A stretch of DNA of 64,000 bases from an uncultured Gammaproteobacteria bacterium (GCA_963695105.1 CAVOGC010000008.1:16030-80029); one strand, 5' to 3'; shown: positions 33,394 to 46,319, counted from the first letter of the stretch. Program-made: numbers and translations. Notes: generated by a model not told the origin, from the sequence alone.

Positions 33394-34914
33394 TCAGAAG
33401 AAACCCATCGCCTTGGGGTTATAGCTCACCAGCAGATTCTTGGTCTGTTGGTAATGATCCAGCATCATCCTGTGGTTTTCCCGCCCGACTCCGGACTGCT
33501 TGTAGCCACCAAACGCCGCGTGCGCCGGGTACAAGTGATAGCAGTTGGTCCACACCCGCCCCGCCTTGATGCCGCGTCCCATCCGGTAGGCGACGTTCAT
33601 GTCGCGGCTCCATACCCCGGCGCCCAGACCGTACAGGGTGTCGTTGGCGATGGCCAGGGCGTCGGCGGCGTCCTTAAAAGAGGTGACCGCCAGCACCGGG
33701 CCGAAGATTTCCTCCTGGAACAGGCGCATTTTGTTATGCCCCTGGAACACGGTGGGCTGGATGTAGAAACCGCTCTTCAGCTCGCCGCTCAGTTCGGCCC
33801 GATACCCGCCGGTCAGACATTCGGCCCCTTCCTGCCGACCGATATCCAGGTAGCTGAGAATTTTCTCCACCTGTTCGGTGGAAACCTGGGCGCCAAGCAT
33901 GGTTTCGGTGTCGAGCGGATGACCTTGCCTGACCGCTTTTACCCGTGCCACCGCCCGCTCCATGAACCGTTCATAGCCGGATTCCTGAACCAGCGCCCGT
34001 GACGGGCAAGTGCAAACTTCGCCCTGATTCAGGGCGAACATGGCGAAACCCTCCAGGGATTTATCGAAGAAATCATCGTCCTGAGCCATCACATCGGCGA
34101 AAAAGACGTTGGGCGATTTACCACCCAGTTCCAGCGTAACCGGGATCAGGTTCTGCGAGGCGTACTGCATGATCAGCCGCCCGGTGGTGGTCTCGCCGGT
34201 GAAGGCGATCTTGGCGACGCGCCGGCTGGAGGCCAGCGGCTTGCCGGCCTCCAGACCGTAGCCGTTGACCACGTTCAGCACCCCGGCGGGCAATAGATCC
34301 TGGATCAGCTCCAGCAGCACCAGAATGGAGACGGGCGTCTGTTCGGCTGGTTTCAGCACCACGCAGTTACCGGCGGCCAGCGCGGGCGCCAGCTTCCAGG
34401 TCGCCATCAGAATCGGGAAATTCCAGGGAATGATCTGGCCGACCACGCCCAGTGGTTCGTGAAAATGATAGGCGATGGTGTCGTTGTCGATTTCCGACAA
34501 CGTCCCTTCCTGCGCGCGAATGCAACCGGCGAAATAGCGGAAATGGTCAATCGCCAGCGGCAGATCCGCCGCCAGGGTTTCCCGCACCGGCTTGCCGTTG
34601 TCCCAGGTTTCCACCACGCCCAGCATTTCCAGATTGGCTTCGATGCGGTCGGCGATGCGGTTGAGCAGGTTGGCCCGTTCCGTCGTCGATGTCTGGCCCC
34701 AGGCGGGGGCGGCGGCATGGGCGGCGTCCAGCGCCTCCTCGATGTCCTCGGCGGTCGAGCGCGGCGCCTCGCAGAAAGTCTGGCCGGTAACCGGCGTGAC
34801 GTTCTCGAAATACTCGCCCTTCACCGGCGGGACCCATTGACCGTTGATGAAGTTTTGATAACGGGATTTGAAACTGGCTTTCGAACCCGGCTGTCCGGGA
34901 TTGGCGTACAACAT
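33394..34914 (-). CDS. NAD(P)+-dependent aldehyde dehydrogenase
   Basis: 506 aa from ATG 34914 (GGAGGAGA SD); ALDH catalytic motifs ([17 protein letters not shown], catalytic Cys in GEVCTCPSR). Confidence 0.9.
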   Translation of the reverse strand: MLYANPGQPGSKASFKSRYQNFINGQWVPPVKGEYFENVTPVTGQTFCEAPRSTAEDIEEALDAAHAAAPAWGQTSTTERANLLNRIADRIEANLEMLGVVETWDNGKPVRETLAADLPLAIDHFRYFAGCIRAQEGTLSEIDNDTIAYHFHEPLGVVGQIIPWNFPILMATWKLAPALAAGNCVVLKPAEQTPVSILVLLELIQDLLPAGVLNVVNGYGLEAGKPLASSRRVAKIAFTGETTTGRLIMQYASQNLIPVTLELGGKSPNVFFADVMAQDDDFFDKSLEGFAMFALNQGEVCTCPSRALVQESGYERFMERAVARVKAVRQGHPLDTETMLGAQVSTEQVEKILSYLDIGRQEGAECLTGGYRAELSGELKSGFYIQPTVFQGHNKMRLFQEEIFGPVLAVTSFKDAADALAIANDTLYGLGAGVWSRDMNVAYRMGRGIKAGRVWTNCYHLYPAHAAFGGYKQSGVGRENHRMMLDHYQQTKNLLVSYNPKAMGFF

Positions 34915-35198
34915 GGTCGTTCTCCTCCAAGTCGTTCGAATCAATGTTGGTTTTGTTATTGAGAGGGGATGGTCGTGGTTCCAGGGTTGTGCCGGGAATC
35001 GCCATCCGCGGGTAGTGAACGCGCGAACGCCGGGCGAAGGCTTGCCCGGCCGACTAGCTCCGCCGTTCCGAAAATCCTTCCATCGCGGGATGAAACCCGG
35101 GGGGAAACTCTTTCGAACTTGTCATGCGCCGATTTCCCCACAATTGATTTGGGTTCTCTAAAGGCATAGCCTCAATATTCGAAAAATCAAAGCATGGA

Positions 35199-38100
35199 AT
35201 GTCTCTCATGACCGATGCCGCCACCTCCCCGCCCGCCCGCTGGCAGTTCTGGATCGACCGGGGCGGCACCTTTACCGACGTGGTCGCGCGGCGTCCCGAT
35301 GGCCGGTTGGTGGCGCACAAGCTGCTGTCCGACAACCCCGAGCACTACCCCGACGCCGCCTTGCGGGGCATCCGCGATTTACTGGGCGTTCCGCCGGATC
35401 GGCCGATCCCCGCCGAACGGATCGCGGCGGTGAAAATGGGCACCACCGTCGCCACCAACGCGCTGCTGGAACGCAAGGGCGACCGCACCCTGCTGCTGAT
35501 TACCAAGGGTTTCCGCGACGCCTTGCGCATTGCCTATCAGAACCGGCCAAAACTGTTCGCCCGCCAGATCGTGCTGCCGGAACTGCTGTACGAGCGGGCC
35601 GCCGAAGTGCGCGAGCGGGTGTCGGCCCAGGGGGAAGTGCTCGCCCCGTTCGATCCCAACAGCGCCCGCCGCCCGCTGGAGGATGCCTGGCGCGCCGGCA
35701 TCCGCGCCGTCGCCATCGTGTTCCTGCACGGCTATCGCTTCCCGGAGCACGAGCGGCTGGCGGCGGCGCTGGCTCGGCGCATCGGTTTCACCCAGATTTC
35801 GGTGTCGCACGAGGTCAGCCCGCTGATGAAGCTGATCGGACGCGGCGACACCACGGTGGTGGACGCCTATCTTTCGCCCATCCTGCGCCGCTACATCGAC
35901 CGGGTCGCCAGCGAACTGGGCGGCGTGCGCCTGCTGTTCATGCAGTCCCACGGCGGCCTGGCCGACGCCCGCCATTTTCGCGGCAAGGACAGCATCCTGT
36001 CCGGCCCGGCCGGCGGCATCGTCGGCGCGGCGCGCACCGCCGCCCGCGCCGGTTTCGAGCGGATCATCACCTTCGACATGGGCGGCACCTCCACCGACGT
36101 CGCCCACTACGCCGGCGAGTACGAGCGCGCCTTCGAAACCCTGGTGGCCGGAGTGCGGCTGCGGGCGCCGATGCTGCACATCCACACCGTGGCGGCGGGC
36201 GGCGGCTCGATCTGCCGTTTCGACGGCGGCCGCTTGCGGGTGGGGCCGGAATCGGCCGGCGCCAATCCGGGACCGGCCTGCTACCGGCGGGGCGGTCCGC
36301 TGACCGTGACCGACTGCAACCTGCTACTGGGCCGGATTCAACCGGCGTTTTTCCCCAAGGTCTTCGGCCCCGACCAGGATCAGCCGCTGGACCGGGATAC
36401 GGTCGCGCACCGGTTCGCCGCGCTGGCCGCCGAGATCGAAGCCGCCAGCGGCGCGCGCTACACCCCGGCGGAGCTGGCCGAGGGCTTTCTCAGGATCGCC
36501 GTCGAGAACATGGCCAATGCGATCAAGCAGATCTCAACCCAACGCGGCTACGACGTGACCGAATACACCTTGTGCTGCTTCGGCGGCGCTGGTGGTCAGC
36601 ACGCCTGCGCGGTAGCCGACGCGCTGGGGATGCCGACCATTTTCATTCACCCGCTCGCCGGGATGCTGTCGGCCTACGGCATGGGTCTGGCCGACGCCCG
36701 CCTGCTGAAGGAACGCGCGGTCGAAGCCCCGCTGGCGGCCGATCTGGCGCCGGTGCTGGAGCGCACGTTCAGCGAATTGGAACGGGCGGGCCGGACGGCG
36801 ATGCAGACCCAGGGCGTTCCCGCCGAGTCCATTCAAGCCATTCGCTCCACCCGCTTGCGCTACGCCGGCAGCGATACCGCCCTGCTCGTCGCCGCCGGGG
36901 TTCCGGGCCAACTGGCGGCGCGTTTCGCCGACGCCCATCGGCGGCGCTTCGGTTTCACCCTGCCGGACAAGGCGCTGATCGTGGAAGCGGCGCAGGTCGA
37001 AATCATCGGTGGCGGCTTCGGCGTGGGCGAGGCGACCGCGCCGCCCACGCCGCGCGGCGAAGCGCTGGCGCCGGCCGCGACGGTTGCCCTGCGCCTGATT
37101 GGGGCCGAGCAGGCCGCGCCGCTCTACCGGCGCGAGGACCTGCGGCCCGGTGACCGCATCGTCGGCCCGGCGATCCTCGGCGAAGCCGGCGCGACGACCC
37201 TGATCGAACCGGGCTGGCAAGCCGAGGTCGGCGGGCGCGACGATCTGGTGCTGACCCGCCACCAGCCCCGTCCCCAGCGGGTCGCGGTCGGCACGGCCGT
37301 CGATCCGATCATGCTGGAGGTGTTCAACAACCTGTTCATGGCCATCGCCGAACAGATGGGCGTCACCCTGGCCAACACCGCGCATTCGGTCAACATCAAG
37401 GAGCGGCTGGATTTTTCCTGCGCGCTGTTCGACCGGGACGGCCAGCTCATCGCCAACGCCCCGCACATTCCGGTGCATCTGGGCTCGATGGGCGAGGCGG
37501 TCCAGGCCATCATTGAGGCTCACGACGGTCGCTTCCAGCCCGGCGACGTGTACGCGACCAACGCGCCCTACCGCGGCGGCACCCACCTGCCGGACGTGAC
37601 CGTCATCACCCCCGTGTTCGACGCCGCCGGGCGAGAGGTCCTGTTCTACGTCGCCTCGCGCGGCCATCACGCCGACATCGGCGGCATCACGCCGGGCTCG
37701 ATGCCGCCGGACAGCGTCGATATCGACCAGGAAGGGGTGCTGCTGGACAACGTTCAACTGGTGAGCGGTGACCGGTTTTGCGAACGGGAACTGCTGGAAC
37801 GGCTCACCGCTGGACCCTGGCCAGTTCGCAACGTCCGCCAGAATCTGGCCGACCTGCAGGCGCAGATCGCCGCCAACGAAAAGGGGGTTCGGGAGCTGCG
37901 GCGGATGGTGGCGCACTTCGGCCTGGATACGGTCCATGCCTACATGGGACACGTCCAGGACAATGCCGCCGAGCAGGTGCGGCGGGCGCTGGACCGATTG
38001 CGGGACGGCGCGTTTGCCTACGAAATGGACAACGGCGCGGTCATCCGGGTCGCCATCCGTCTGGGCCGGACCCGGCGGACCGCCCGCATCGACTTCACCG

Positions 38101-38837
38101 GCACCTCGCCGCAACAGCCCGGCAATTTCAACGCCCCGCGCGCCGTGTGTCTGGCGGCGGTGCTGTACGTGTTCCGTACCCTGGTGGACGACGACATTCC
38201 GCTCAACGCCGGCTGCCTGCGACCGCTGGAGATTGTGATTCCGCCCGGTTGCCTGCTTGACCCCCACCCACCGGCGGCGGTGGTGGCGGGCAACGTGGAA
38301 ACCTCGCAATGCGTGGTGGATGCGCTATACGGGGCGCTGGGGGTGATGGCCGCCGCCCAGGGCACGATGAACAATTTCACCTTCGGCAACGACCGGTATC
38401 AGTATTACGAAACGATCTGCGGCGGCGCCGGCGCGGGACCGGATTTCGACGGCGCCTCGGCGGTGCATACCCACATGACCAACTCCCGGCTGACCGACCC
38501 GGAGGTCCTGGAATGGCGGTTCCCGGTACGGATGGAGGAATTCGCCATCCGTGCCGGCAGCGGCGGCGCGGGCCGCTGGCGCGGCGGCGACGGGGTCATC
38601 CGCCGCATCCGTTTTCTGGAACCCATGACCGCCGCGATTCTGTCCGGCCACCGCCGGATCGCGCCCTACGGACTGGCCGGCGGCGCGCCGGGTCGGGTCG
38701 GACGCAATGCGGTGGAACGCGCGGATGGGGAGGTCGAGGAATTAGCCGCCACGGCGCAAGTGGCGGTGCGGGCGGAGGATGTCTTCGCGATTGAAACGCC
38801 GGGCGGCGGCGGCTACGGCGCGACCGACCCGAGCTGA
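35199..38837 (+). CDS. 5-oxoprolinase / hydantoinase A-B fusion (ATP-hydrolysing)
   Basis: 1212 aa; N-terminal hydantoinase/oxoprolinase HyuA-like and C-terminal HyuB-like domains in one polypeptide. Confidence 0.85.
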   Translation: MSLMTDAATSPPARWQFWIDRGGTFTDVVARRPDGRLVAHKLLSDNPEHYPDAALRGIRDLLGVPPDRPIPAERIAAVKMGTTVATNALLERKGDRTLLLITKGFRDALRIAYQNRPKLFARQIVLPELLYERAAEVRERVSAQGEVLAPFDPNSARRPLEDAWRAGIRAVAIVFLHGYRFPEHERLAAALARRIGFTQISVSHEVSPLMKLIGRGDTTVVDAYLSPILRRYIDRVASELGGVRLLFMQSHGGLADARHFRGKDSILSGPAGGIVGAARTAARAGFERIITFDMGGTSTDVAHYAGEYERAFETLVAGVRLRAPMLHIHTVAAGGGSICRFDGGRLRVGPESAGANPGPACYRRGGPLTVTDCNLLLGRIQPAFFPKVFGPDQDQPLDRDTVAHRFAALAAEIEAASGARYTPAELAEGFLRIAVENMANAIKQISTQRGYDVTEYTLCCFGGAGGQHACAVADALGMPTIFIHPLAGMLSAYGMGLADARLLKERAVEAPLAADLAPVLERTFSELERAGRTAMQTQGVPAESIQAIRSTRLRYAGSDTALLVAAGVPGQLAARFADAHRRRFGFTLPDKALIVEAAQVEIIGGGFGVGEATAPPTPRGEALAPAATVALRLIGAEQAAPLYRREDLRPGDRIVGPAILGEAGATTLIEPGWQAEVGGRDDLVLTRHQPRPQRVAVGTAVDPIMLEVFNNLFMAIAEQMGVTLANTAHSVNIKERLDFSCALFDRDGQLIANAPHIPVHLGSMGEAVQAIIEAHDGRFQPGDVYATNAPYRGGTHLPDVTVITPVFDAAGREVLFYVASRGHHADIGGITPGSMPPDSVDIDQEGVLLDNVQLVSGDRFCERELLERLTAGPWPVRNVRQNLADLQAQIAANEKGVRELRRMVAHFGLDTVHAYMGHVQDNAAEQVRRALDRLRDGAFAYEMDNGAVIRVAIRLGRTRRTARIDFTGTSPQQPGNFNAPRAVCLAAVLYVFRTLVDDDIPLNAGCLRPLEIVIPPGCLLDPHPPAAVVAGNVETSQCVVDALYGALGVMAAAQGTMNNFTFGNDRYQYYETICGGAGAGPDFDGASAVHTHMTNSRLTDPEVLEWRFPVRMEEFAIRAGSGGAGRWRGGDGVIRRIRFLEPMTAAILSGHRRIAPYGLAGGAPGRVGRNAVERADGEVEELAATAQVAVRAEDVFAIETPGGGGYGATDPS

Positions 38838-38996
38838 GGGTCGGCTTACCAATATCGGCTCTCCTGATGGAAATGGGAATGAGAATGGCGACCCGCGCCC
38901 GGCTGGATTTCAAGCGGCCGGGGCGTCATATTTATGGCAAGCGCGGTTATGATACCGCACTGCAAAACCGACCGTCCCCAATGAGGATTGAGCGTC

Positions 38997-39956
38997 ATGG
39001 CGCGAAGTAGAACGGTGGCCGTGTACACCGGTGAAGAACTGGGCCGCTACGGGTTCGAGGACCACCCGTTCGGGGAGGACCGCATCCACGCCTTCTGGGA
39101 TGAGATGCTGATCCGCCACTTCGACTACCAGGTGCGCGTGTTGCCTCCCGCCATGGCCACCGAGGAGCAGATCAAGCTGTTCCACACCCTCAACTACGTC
39201 GAGAAGGTCAAAATTTATTCCGAGGTGGGCGAGGGTTTGCTGGACTACGGCGATACCCCGGCTTACAAAGGGGTGTTCGAGGACGCCGCCGTGGTGGTCG
39301 GCACCGTGGTCGACGCGGCCCGCAGGATCATGGCCGACGAGGTCCGGCGCGCCTTCGTGCCCATCGCCGGACTGCATCACAGCATGCCCGACACCGCCGC
39401 CGGTTTTTGCGTGTTCAACGACGTCGGCGTGGCCATCAAGATCCTGCAACAGGAATACGGCCTGGAGCGCATCGCCTACGTCGATATCGACGCGCACCAC
39501 GGCGACGGGGTGTTTTATCCGTTCGAATCCGATCCAACCGTCATCTTCGCCGACATTCACGAGGATGGTCGCTACAACTTCCCGCAGAGCGGCTTCTCGC
39601 ACGAAGTCGGCAAGGGCGCGGCCAAGGGGCGCAAGCTCAACATCCCGCTGTTGCCGCTGTCGGCCGACGACGATTTCATGATGATGTGGGACAAGGTCGA
39701 GGCCTTCCTGCGCCAGTGGGAACCGCAGTTTATCTTCATGAACTGCGGCGCCGACGGTCTGGACGGCGACCCGCTGGCCCACCTGCACTACACCCCCCGC
39801 GCCCACAGCCGCGCCGCCCGCGGCTTGTGCCAGATCGCCGAGGAGTTCGCCGGGGGCCGCATCCTCGGCGTCGGCGGCGGCGGCTACGACTTGCGCAACG
39901 TCGCCAAGGCCTGGGCCGCCGTGGTGGATTCCTTCCTGGAAGCCCCGATGTCCTGA
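38997..39956 (+). CDS. histone deacetylase-family amidohydrolase (AcuC/AphA-like)
   Basis: HDAC fold motifs (GLHHSMPD, DIDAHHGDGV); start at ATG 38997. Confidence 0.8.
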   Translation: MARSRTVAVYTGEELGRYGFEDHPFGEDRIHAFWDEMLIRHFDYQVRVLPPAMATEEQIKLFHTLNYVEKVKIYSEVGEGLLDYGDTPAYKGVFEDAAVVVGTVVDAARRIMADEVRRAFVPIAGLHHSMPDTAAGFCVFNDVGVAIKILQQEYGLERIAYVDIDAHHGDGVFYPFESDPTVIFADIHEDGRYNFPQSGFSHEVGKGAAKGRKLNIPLLPLSADDDFMMMWDKVEAFLRQWEPQFIFMNCGADGLDGDPLAHLHYTPRAHSRAARGLCQIAEEFAGGRILGVGGGGYDLRNVAKAWAAVVDSFLEAPMS

Positions 39957-40154
39957 CCGGTTCGGCCCGCGTCCGCCATCCCTGTCCGAATTTTCCGGCC
40001 GGAACGAATCCACCCGCGTTCCGGTCATTATGGATGTCGCCGCCGGCGAATCTCCTGCCATCCGCCGGCCACATCGGGTATTATTGGCAGCTTTCCACAA
40101 CCCGCCCGCGCTTTCGTCCGAAGCAGCGGGCGCCCGTTTTTGCAGAGGTTGCGA

Positions 40155-41408
<1,254 letters not shown>

Positions 41409-41435
41409 TCGCCCTCCCCGCGCGAGACGGCGGCG

Positions 41436-41909
41436 GTGCATTGCCCGTTCTGCGGCACGCCCGATACCCGGGTGGTTGACTCGCGGCTGTCGGCGGAAGG
41501 CGACAAGGTGCGCCGCCGCCGCGAATGCCCCCGCTGCAACTCCCGCTTCACCACCCACGAGGTCGCGGAGCTGCTGATGCCGCCGGTGGTCAAGCGCGAC
41601 GGTCGCCGCGAACCGTTTCTGGAGGAAAAACTGCGCTCCGGCTTGCTGCGAGCGCTGGAAAAGCGGCCGGTCGGCGCCGAACGCATCGAAAAAACCCTGT
41701 TGCGCATCAAGAACCGCGCCCGTGCATCGGGAGAGCGGGAGTTGAGCAGCCGGCAAATCGGCGAATGGGTGATGGAGGAATTGCGCGGCCTGGACCCGGT
41801 GGCCTATGTCCGCTTCGCCTCGGTCTATCGCAGCTTCGAGGACGTAAACGCCTTTCGCGAGGAAATCGAGCGGCTGCAGACCCCCTCAGGCGCGACGGAT
41901 TCAGAGTGA
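41436..41909 (+). CDS. nrdR: transcriptional repressor NrdR
   Basis: [20 protein letters not shown] zinc ribbon plus ATP-cone. Confidence 0.95.
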   Translation: MHCPFCGTPDTRVVDSRLSAEGDKVRRRRECPRCNSRFTTHEVAELLMPPVVKRDGRREPFLEEKLRSGLLRALEKRPVGAERIEKTLLRIKNRARASGERELSSRQIGEWVMEELRGLDPVAYVRFASVYRSFEDVNAFREEIERLQTPSGATDSE

Positions 41910-43009
41910 TGTCCGCCGACGATTATCGCCACATGGCGCATGCCCTGACGCTGGCCCGGCGCGGCCTGTACGGCACCGACCCCAACCCGCGAGTGGGCTG
42001 CGTACTGGTCGAGGACGGAGAAATCGTCGGCGAGGGCTGGCACGAACGCGCCGGCGAGGCCCACGCCGAGGTGATCGCCCTGGAAGCGGCCGGCGGCCGG
42101 GCGCGCGGCGCCACCGCCTATGTGACCCTGGAACCGTGCTGCCATCACGGCCGCACGCCGCCCTGCACCGATGCGCTGCTCCAGGCCGGCATCACCCGGA
42201 TGGTGGCGGCGATGCCCGACCCGAACCCGCAAGTCGCCGGCAAGGGTCTGAAGCAATTGCGGGATGCCGGCGTGACGGTGGATTGCGGGTTGTTGGAATC
42301 CGAGGCGCGGGCGCTGAATCCCGGCTTTATCCGACGCATGACCCAGGGCCGCCCCTTTGTCCGCGTCAAGCTGGCGATGAGCCTGGACGGACGTACCGCG
42401 CTGGCCTCCGGCGAAAGTCAATGGCTGACCGGAGAGACCGCGCGCCAGGATGTACAACGGCTGCGGGCGCGAAGTTCGGCGATCCTGACCGGCATTGGGA
42501 CCCTGCTGGCCGACGACCCCAGCCTGAACGTCCACCTGCCGGAAGCCGCGCGCCAGCCGCCGCGAGTGCTTCTCGATACCGGCTTGCGAACACCGCCGGC
42601 CGCCCGGACCTTGCGGTTGCCGGGCTCGGTGCTGATCTTCACCGCCGTCGCCGACCCGGACCGCCATGCGCTCTTGCAAGCAGCCGGCACGGAAATCGTG
42701 GTCACGCCACGCGCCGCCGAAGGCGGTCTAAACCTGCACACCGTCATGGCGGAACTCGCCCACCGCGAGTGCAACGAACTCCATGTCGAATGCGGCCCGA
42801 CCCTGGCCGGCGCGTTGCTACAGGCGAAACTGGTGGATGAACTGGTGGTGTACATGGCTCCGCTGCTGCTGGGCGACAAGGCGCGCGGGCTGTTTCAATT
42901 GCCGGAACTGGCACGGATGAGCGAGCGGACGGAATTGGAGGTTGTGGAAATGCGGGCGGTTGGAAGGGATTGGCGAGTGAGATTAAAGCTGTTGAGAGGC
43001 GATTTATGA
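41909..43009 (+). CDS. ribD: bifunctional diaminohydroxyphosphoribosylaminopyrimidine deaminase / 5-amino-6-(5-phosphoribosylamino)uracil reductase
   Basis: CMP/dCMP deaminase zinc motif (HAEV..EPCCHHGRTPPC) plus reductase domain; ATG 41909 overlaps nrdR stop (TGATG); track ORF 41525..43009 over-extended. Confidence 0.9.
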   Translation: MSADDYRHMAHALTLARRGLYGTDPNPRVGCVLVEDGEIVGEGWHERAGEAHAEVIALEAAGGRARGATAYVTLEPCCHHGRTPPCTDALLQAGITRMVAAMPDPNPQVAGKGLKQLRDAGVTVDCGLLESEARALNPGFIRRMTQGRPFVRVKLAMSLDGRTALASGESQWLTGETARQDVQRLRARSSAILTGIGTLLADDPSLNVHLPEAARQPPRVLLDTGLRTPPAARTLRLPGSVLIFTAVADPDRHALLQAAGTEIVVTPRAAEGGLNLHTVMAELAHRECNELHVECGPTLAGALLQAKLVDELVVYMAPLLLGDKARGLFQLPELARMSERTELEVVEMRAVGRDWRVRLKLLRGDL

Positions 43010-43203
43010 AATACAAAATCATTCTCGATAAATCGGAGGAAGGCTATAACGTTTCATGTCCAAACCTGCCAGGTTGCTGGTCGCAGGGAGAGACCGAGCA
43101 GGAAGCAATCGAAAATATAAAAGATGCAATTCAAGAATACTTGGCGGCTATTTCTGAATCCATTCAGGGTAAGGATGTGCGAGAAATAGAAATAGCCAGT
43201 TAA
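43006..43203 (+). CDS. hicB: HicB-family antitoxin (UPF0150)
   Basis: MKYKIILDKSEEGYNVSCPNLPGCWSQGETEQEAIENIKDAIQEYL classic HicB/UPF0150 fold; AT-rich; ATG overlaps ribD stop (ATGA). Confidence 0.8.
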   Translation: MKYKIILDKSEEGYNVSCPNLPGCWSQGETEQEAIENIKDAIQEYLAAISESIQGKDVREIEIAS

Positions 43204-43205
43204 AG

Positions 43206-43421
43206 ATGCCAAAACTTCCAGGAGTCAATCATCTGGAAGCTATCCGTGCTTTGGAAAAGGCAGGTTTCCGCATTGTTCGCCAGGGAAGAAAACATATCGT
43301 CCTTTCGAATGGTGGCAGGTTTGTGACTGTTCCCCGTAATAATCCCATCAATGCTTTCACCATGGGTGGCATAGCGCAGGATGCGGGACTCACGGTAGAA
43401 GAATTTCGGAAGTTCTTATAA
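43206..43421 (+). CDS. hicA: HicA toxin (mRNA interferase, YcfA-like)
   Basis: 71 aa, ..LEKAGFRIVRQGRKHIVLSNGGRFVTVPRNNPI.. HicA dsRBD-like motif; 2 nt after hicB stop. Confidence 0.8.
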   Translation: MPKLPGVNHLEAIRALEKAGFRIVRQGRKHIVLSNGGRFVTVPRNNPINAFTMGGIAQDAGLTVEEFRKFL

Positions 43422-43441
43422 TTTTTTTCGAGAACCCCAGC

Positions 43442-44098
43442 ATGTTCACTGGCATCATCACCGCAGTCGGGACCATCACCGCGCTCCAGCCGCGTGGCGG
43501 CGACGTCCGCCTGCGCATCGCCACCGGCAAGCTCGACCTGGGCGATGTGCGGCTCGGCGACAGCATCGCCGTCAGCGGCGTCTGCCTGACCGCCGTCGAA
43601 CTGCCCGGCGACGGCTTCTGGGCCGACGCCTCGCGCGAGACCCTGGAGCGCACCACCCTCGGCGACGCCCAACCCGGCGCCCGGGTCAACCTGGAAAAAG
43701 CCCTGACCCCCACCACCCGGCTCGGTGGCCACCTGGTCAGCGGCCATGTGGATGGCATCGGCACGGTCGACGAATGGCGTCCCGACGGCCGCTCCTGGCG
43801 GCTGCGTATCCAGGCTCCGGACGCGCTGGCCCGCTATATCGCCGAAAAAGGCTCCATCTGCATCGACGGCGTCAGCCTCACCGTCAACCGGGTGGATGGC
43901 GCGGCCTTCGAACTCAACATCGTCCCGCACACGCTGGCGGAAACCACCCTCGCCGACTTCCAGGTCGGCCGGCGGGTCAACCTGGAAGTGGACCTGATCA
44001 CCCGTTATCTGGAACGGCTGCTGCTGGGCGAGCGCGCCGCGCAACCGGGCGGCAAACTCACCGAGGCGCTGCTGCGCGAACACGGTTTCTGGATATAA
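43442..44098 (+). CDS. ribE: riboflavin synthase alpha subunit
   Basis: MFTGIITAVGTI..duplicated lumazine-binding domains. Confidence 0.9.
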   Translation: MFTGIITAVGTITALQPRGGDVRLRIATGKLDLGDVRLGDSIAVSGVCLTAVELPGDGFWADASRETLERTTLGDAQPGARVNLEKALTPTTRLGGHLVSGHVDGIGTVDEWRPDGRSWRLRIQAPDALARYIAEKGSICIDGVSLTVNRVDGAAFELNIVPHTLAETTLADFQVGRRVNLEVDLITRYLERLLLGERAAQPGGKLTEALLREHGFWI

Positions 44099-44100
44099 GC

Positions 44101-45204
44101 ATGGCACTCAACACCGTTGACGAACTCCTCGCCGACCTGCGACAGGGTAAAATGATCATCGTCATGGACGACGAAGACCGGGAAAACGAAGGCGACCTGC
44201 TGATGGCCGCCTCGCTGGTTCGGCCCGAGGACATCAACTTCATGGCCCGCTACGGGCGCGGCCTGATCTGCCTGACCCTGACCCGCGAGCGCTGCCAGCA
44301 ACTGCGCCTGCCGCTGATGGTGCAGGACAACGCCACCCCCTACTCCACCAATTTCACCGTCTCCATCGAAGCCGCCCAGGGCGTCACCACCGGCATCTCC
44401 GCCTACGACCGCGCCCACACCATCCGCACCGCCGTGCGGCCCGACGCCCGCCCCGAGGACCTGGTGCAGCCCGGCCACATCTTCCCGCTGATGGCCCAGC
44501 CCGGCGGGGTGCTGACCCGCGCCGGCCACACCGAAGCCGGCTGCGATCTGGCCCGGCTAGCCGGACTGGAGCCGACGGCGGTCATCGTCGAGATCCTCAA
44601 CGAGGACGGCGGCATGGCGCGGCGGCCCGACCTGGAAGCCTTCGCCGCCCGACACGGGATCAAGATCGGCACCATCGCCGCGCTGATCCGCTACCGGATG
44701 CAGAACGAGAAGACCGTGGAACGGGTCGCGGACGCGGTCATGGCCACCGAATTCGGCCCGTTCCGGGTGCTGACCTATCAGGACGTGGTCAGCCGGCAAG
44801 TGCATTTCGCCCTGGTCAGGGGCGATATCCACCCCGAACAGCCGGTTCTGGTCCGGGTCCATGTGCAGAATTTTCTGGGCGACCTGCTGGCGATTCGGCT
44901 GTCGGAAGGTAGCTGGCCCTTGCGCGACGCCCTGCAACGGGTGGCGGGGGAGCCGGCCGGCGTACTGGTGTTTTTAAGCCACCCCGAAGAGCCGGCGGCC
45001 CTGATCCGGCGGATGCGCGGCTACCAGTTCGGCGCCGGCGAAGCCGCGCGCGCACCCGATCAATCCGCCGAACTGCGCACCTACGGCATCGGAGCCCAGA
45101 TTCTGCTCGACATCGGCGTGCGGCGAATGCGGGTGCTCAGCGCGCCCAAACGTATCAGCGGGCTGTCGGGCTTTAATCTGGAAGTCGTGGAATACGTCGC
45201 CTGA
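44101..45204 (+). CDS. ribBA: 3,4-dihydroxy-2-butanone-4-phosphate synthase fused to a cysteine-less (probably inactive) GTP cyclohydrolase II-like domain
   Basis: N-terminal RibB motifs (DDEDRENEGDL, RAGHTEA); C-terminal RibA-like domain has no Cys residues (zinc ligands absent), as in Pseudomonas RibBA; start ATG 44101. Confidence 0.85.
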   Translation: MALNTVDELLADLRQGKMIIVMDDEDRENEGDLLMAASLVRPEDINFMARYGRGLICLTLTRERCQQLRLPLMVQDNATPYSTNFTVSIEAAQGVTTGISAYDRAHTIRTAVRPDARPEDLVQPGHIFPLMAQPGGVLTRAGHTEAGCDLARLAGLEPTAVIVEILNEDGGMARRPDLEAFAARHGIKIGTIAALIRYRMQNEKTVERVADAVMATEFGPFRVLTYQDVVSRQVHFALVRGDIHPEQPVLVRVHVQNFLGDLLAIRLSEGSWPLRDALQRVAGEPAGVLVFLSHPEEPAALIRRMRGYQFGAGEAARAPDQSAELRTYGIGAQILLDIGVRRMRVLSAPKRISGLSGFNLEVVEYVA

Positions 45205-45254
45205 ACGCCCTTTCCTTGGAGGTGTTTTCGCCCAGTCTCTGGCCCGTCAAACGC

Positions 45255-45300
45255 TTGAAAGACGCCCTCACCCCCGGCCCCTCACCCACAGGGAGAGGGG
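45255..45300 (+). terminator. REP-like palindrome with T-run between ribBA and ribH (possible terminator/attenuator)
   Basis: gccctcacccccggcccctcacccacagggagaggggagtttttg; homologous to element at 53421-53470. Confidence 0.5.
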
Positions 45301-45336
45301 AGTTTTTGTACCGCGCATCGTTACGGAATCCCCGCC

Positions 45337-45816
45337 ATGCACCACATCAACACCATTGAAGGCGACTTCACCCCGCTCCAGGACGCCCGCTTCGCGCTGG
45401 TGGCGTCGCGGTTCAACAGCTTCATCGTGCAGAGCCTGATCAATGGCGCGGTGGACACCCTATGCCGGCACGGCGTCCCGGAAACCGCCATCGACCTGAT
45501 CTGGACTCCCGGTTCCTTCGAACTGCCGCTGGCCGCGCAAAAGCTGGCCGCCGGCGAGCGCTACGACGGCATCGTCGCGCTGGGCGCGGTGATTCGCGGC
45601 GGCACCCCGCATTTCGAATACGTCGCCGGCGAGTGCGTCAAGGGGCTGGCGGGCGTTTCGCTGGAATACGGTATCCCGATCGGCTTCGGCGTACTCACCG
45701 TCGACACCATCGATCAGGCGGTGGAGCGAGCCGGCACCAAGGCCGGCAACAAGGGCGCCGAGGCGGCGATGGCGGTGCTGGAAATGGTCAGTCTGCTGCG
45801 ACGGCTGGAAGGCTGA
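45337..45816 (+). CDS. ribH: 6,7-dimethyl-8-ribityllumazine synthase
   Basis: 159 aa, lumazine synthase fold, conserved rib operon position. Confidence 0.9.
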   Translation: MHHINTIEGDFTPLQDARFALVASRFNSFIVQSLINGAVDTLCRHGVPETAIDLIWTPGSFELPLAAQKLAAGERYDGIVALGAVIRGGTPHFEYVAGECVKGLAGVSLEYGIPIGFGVLTVDTIDQAVERAGTKAGNKGAEAAMAVLEMVSLLRRLEG

Positions 45817-45819
45817 ACC

Positions 45820-46272
45820 ATGGGCGCTCCGATTCGAAAAAACCAGCCCGGCAAACGCAGTTGGGCGCGGCGCTGCGCCGTGCAGGCGCTTTATCAGTGG
45901 CAGTTGACCGAACAGACTCCCGGCCAGATCGAAGCCCACTTTCTGGCCGAAGACGACTTGCAAAAGGCCGATACCGCCTATTTTCGAGAACTGGTCCATC
46001 AAATTCCGGTGCGGGTGGCGGAGATCGATACCGCTCTGGAGCCGTTGCTGGACCGGCCCCTGGCGCAAGTGGACCCAGTGGAGCGCGCCATCCTGCGGAT
46101 CGGCGGTTACGAACTGATGCAGCGCCCGGACATTCCCTACCGGATCGTTCTCAACGAGGCGGTCGAGCTGGCCAAGGTGTTCGGCGCCGAACAGGGGCAC
46201 CGCTTCATCAACGGGGTGCTCGACAAACTGGCTCGCGGCGTGCGGCCGGTCGAATTCGGCGCCCCTTTCTGA
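45820..46272 (+). CDS. nusB: transcription antitermination factor NusB
   Basis: 150 aa; ARRCAVQALYQW.. NusB motif; follows ribH. Confidence 0.9.
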   Translation: MGAPIRKNQPGKRSWARRCAVQALYQWQLTEQTPGQIEAHFLAEDDLQKADTAYFRELVHQIPVRVAEIDTALEPLLDRPLAQVDPVERAILRIGGYELMQRPDIPYRIVLNEAVELAKVFGAEQGHRFINGVLDKLARGVRPVEFGAPF

Positions 46273-46319
46273 GCGACGCCGTCATGCAATCCGGGTGGAC
46301 AGCGCTGTAGCCATGACCT

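Noticed and set aside
36534-38309. 591-aa minus-strand ORF
   Set aside because: Antisense to oxoprolinase/hydantoinase gene.
40090-40140. 10-nt perfect palindrome cgggcgcccg followed by TTTTT upstream of glyA
   Set aside because: Stem without loop; weak as terminator; possibly just GC-rich palindrome.
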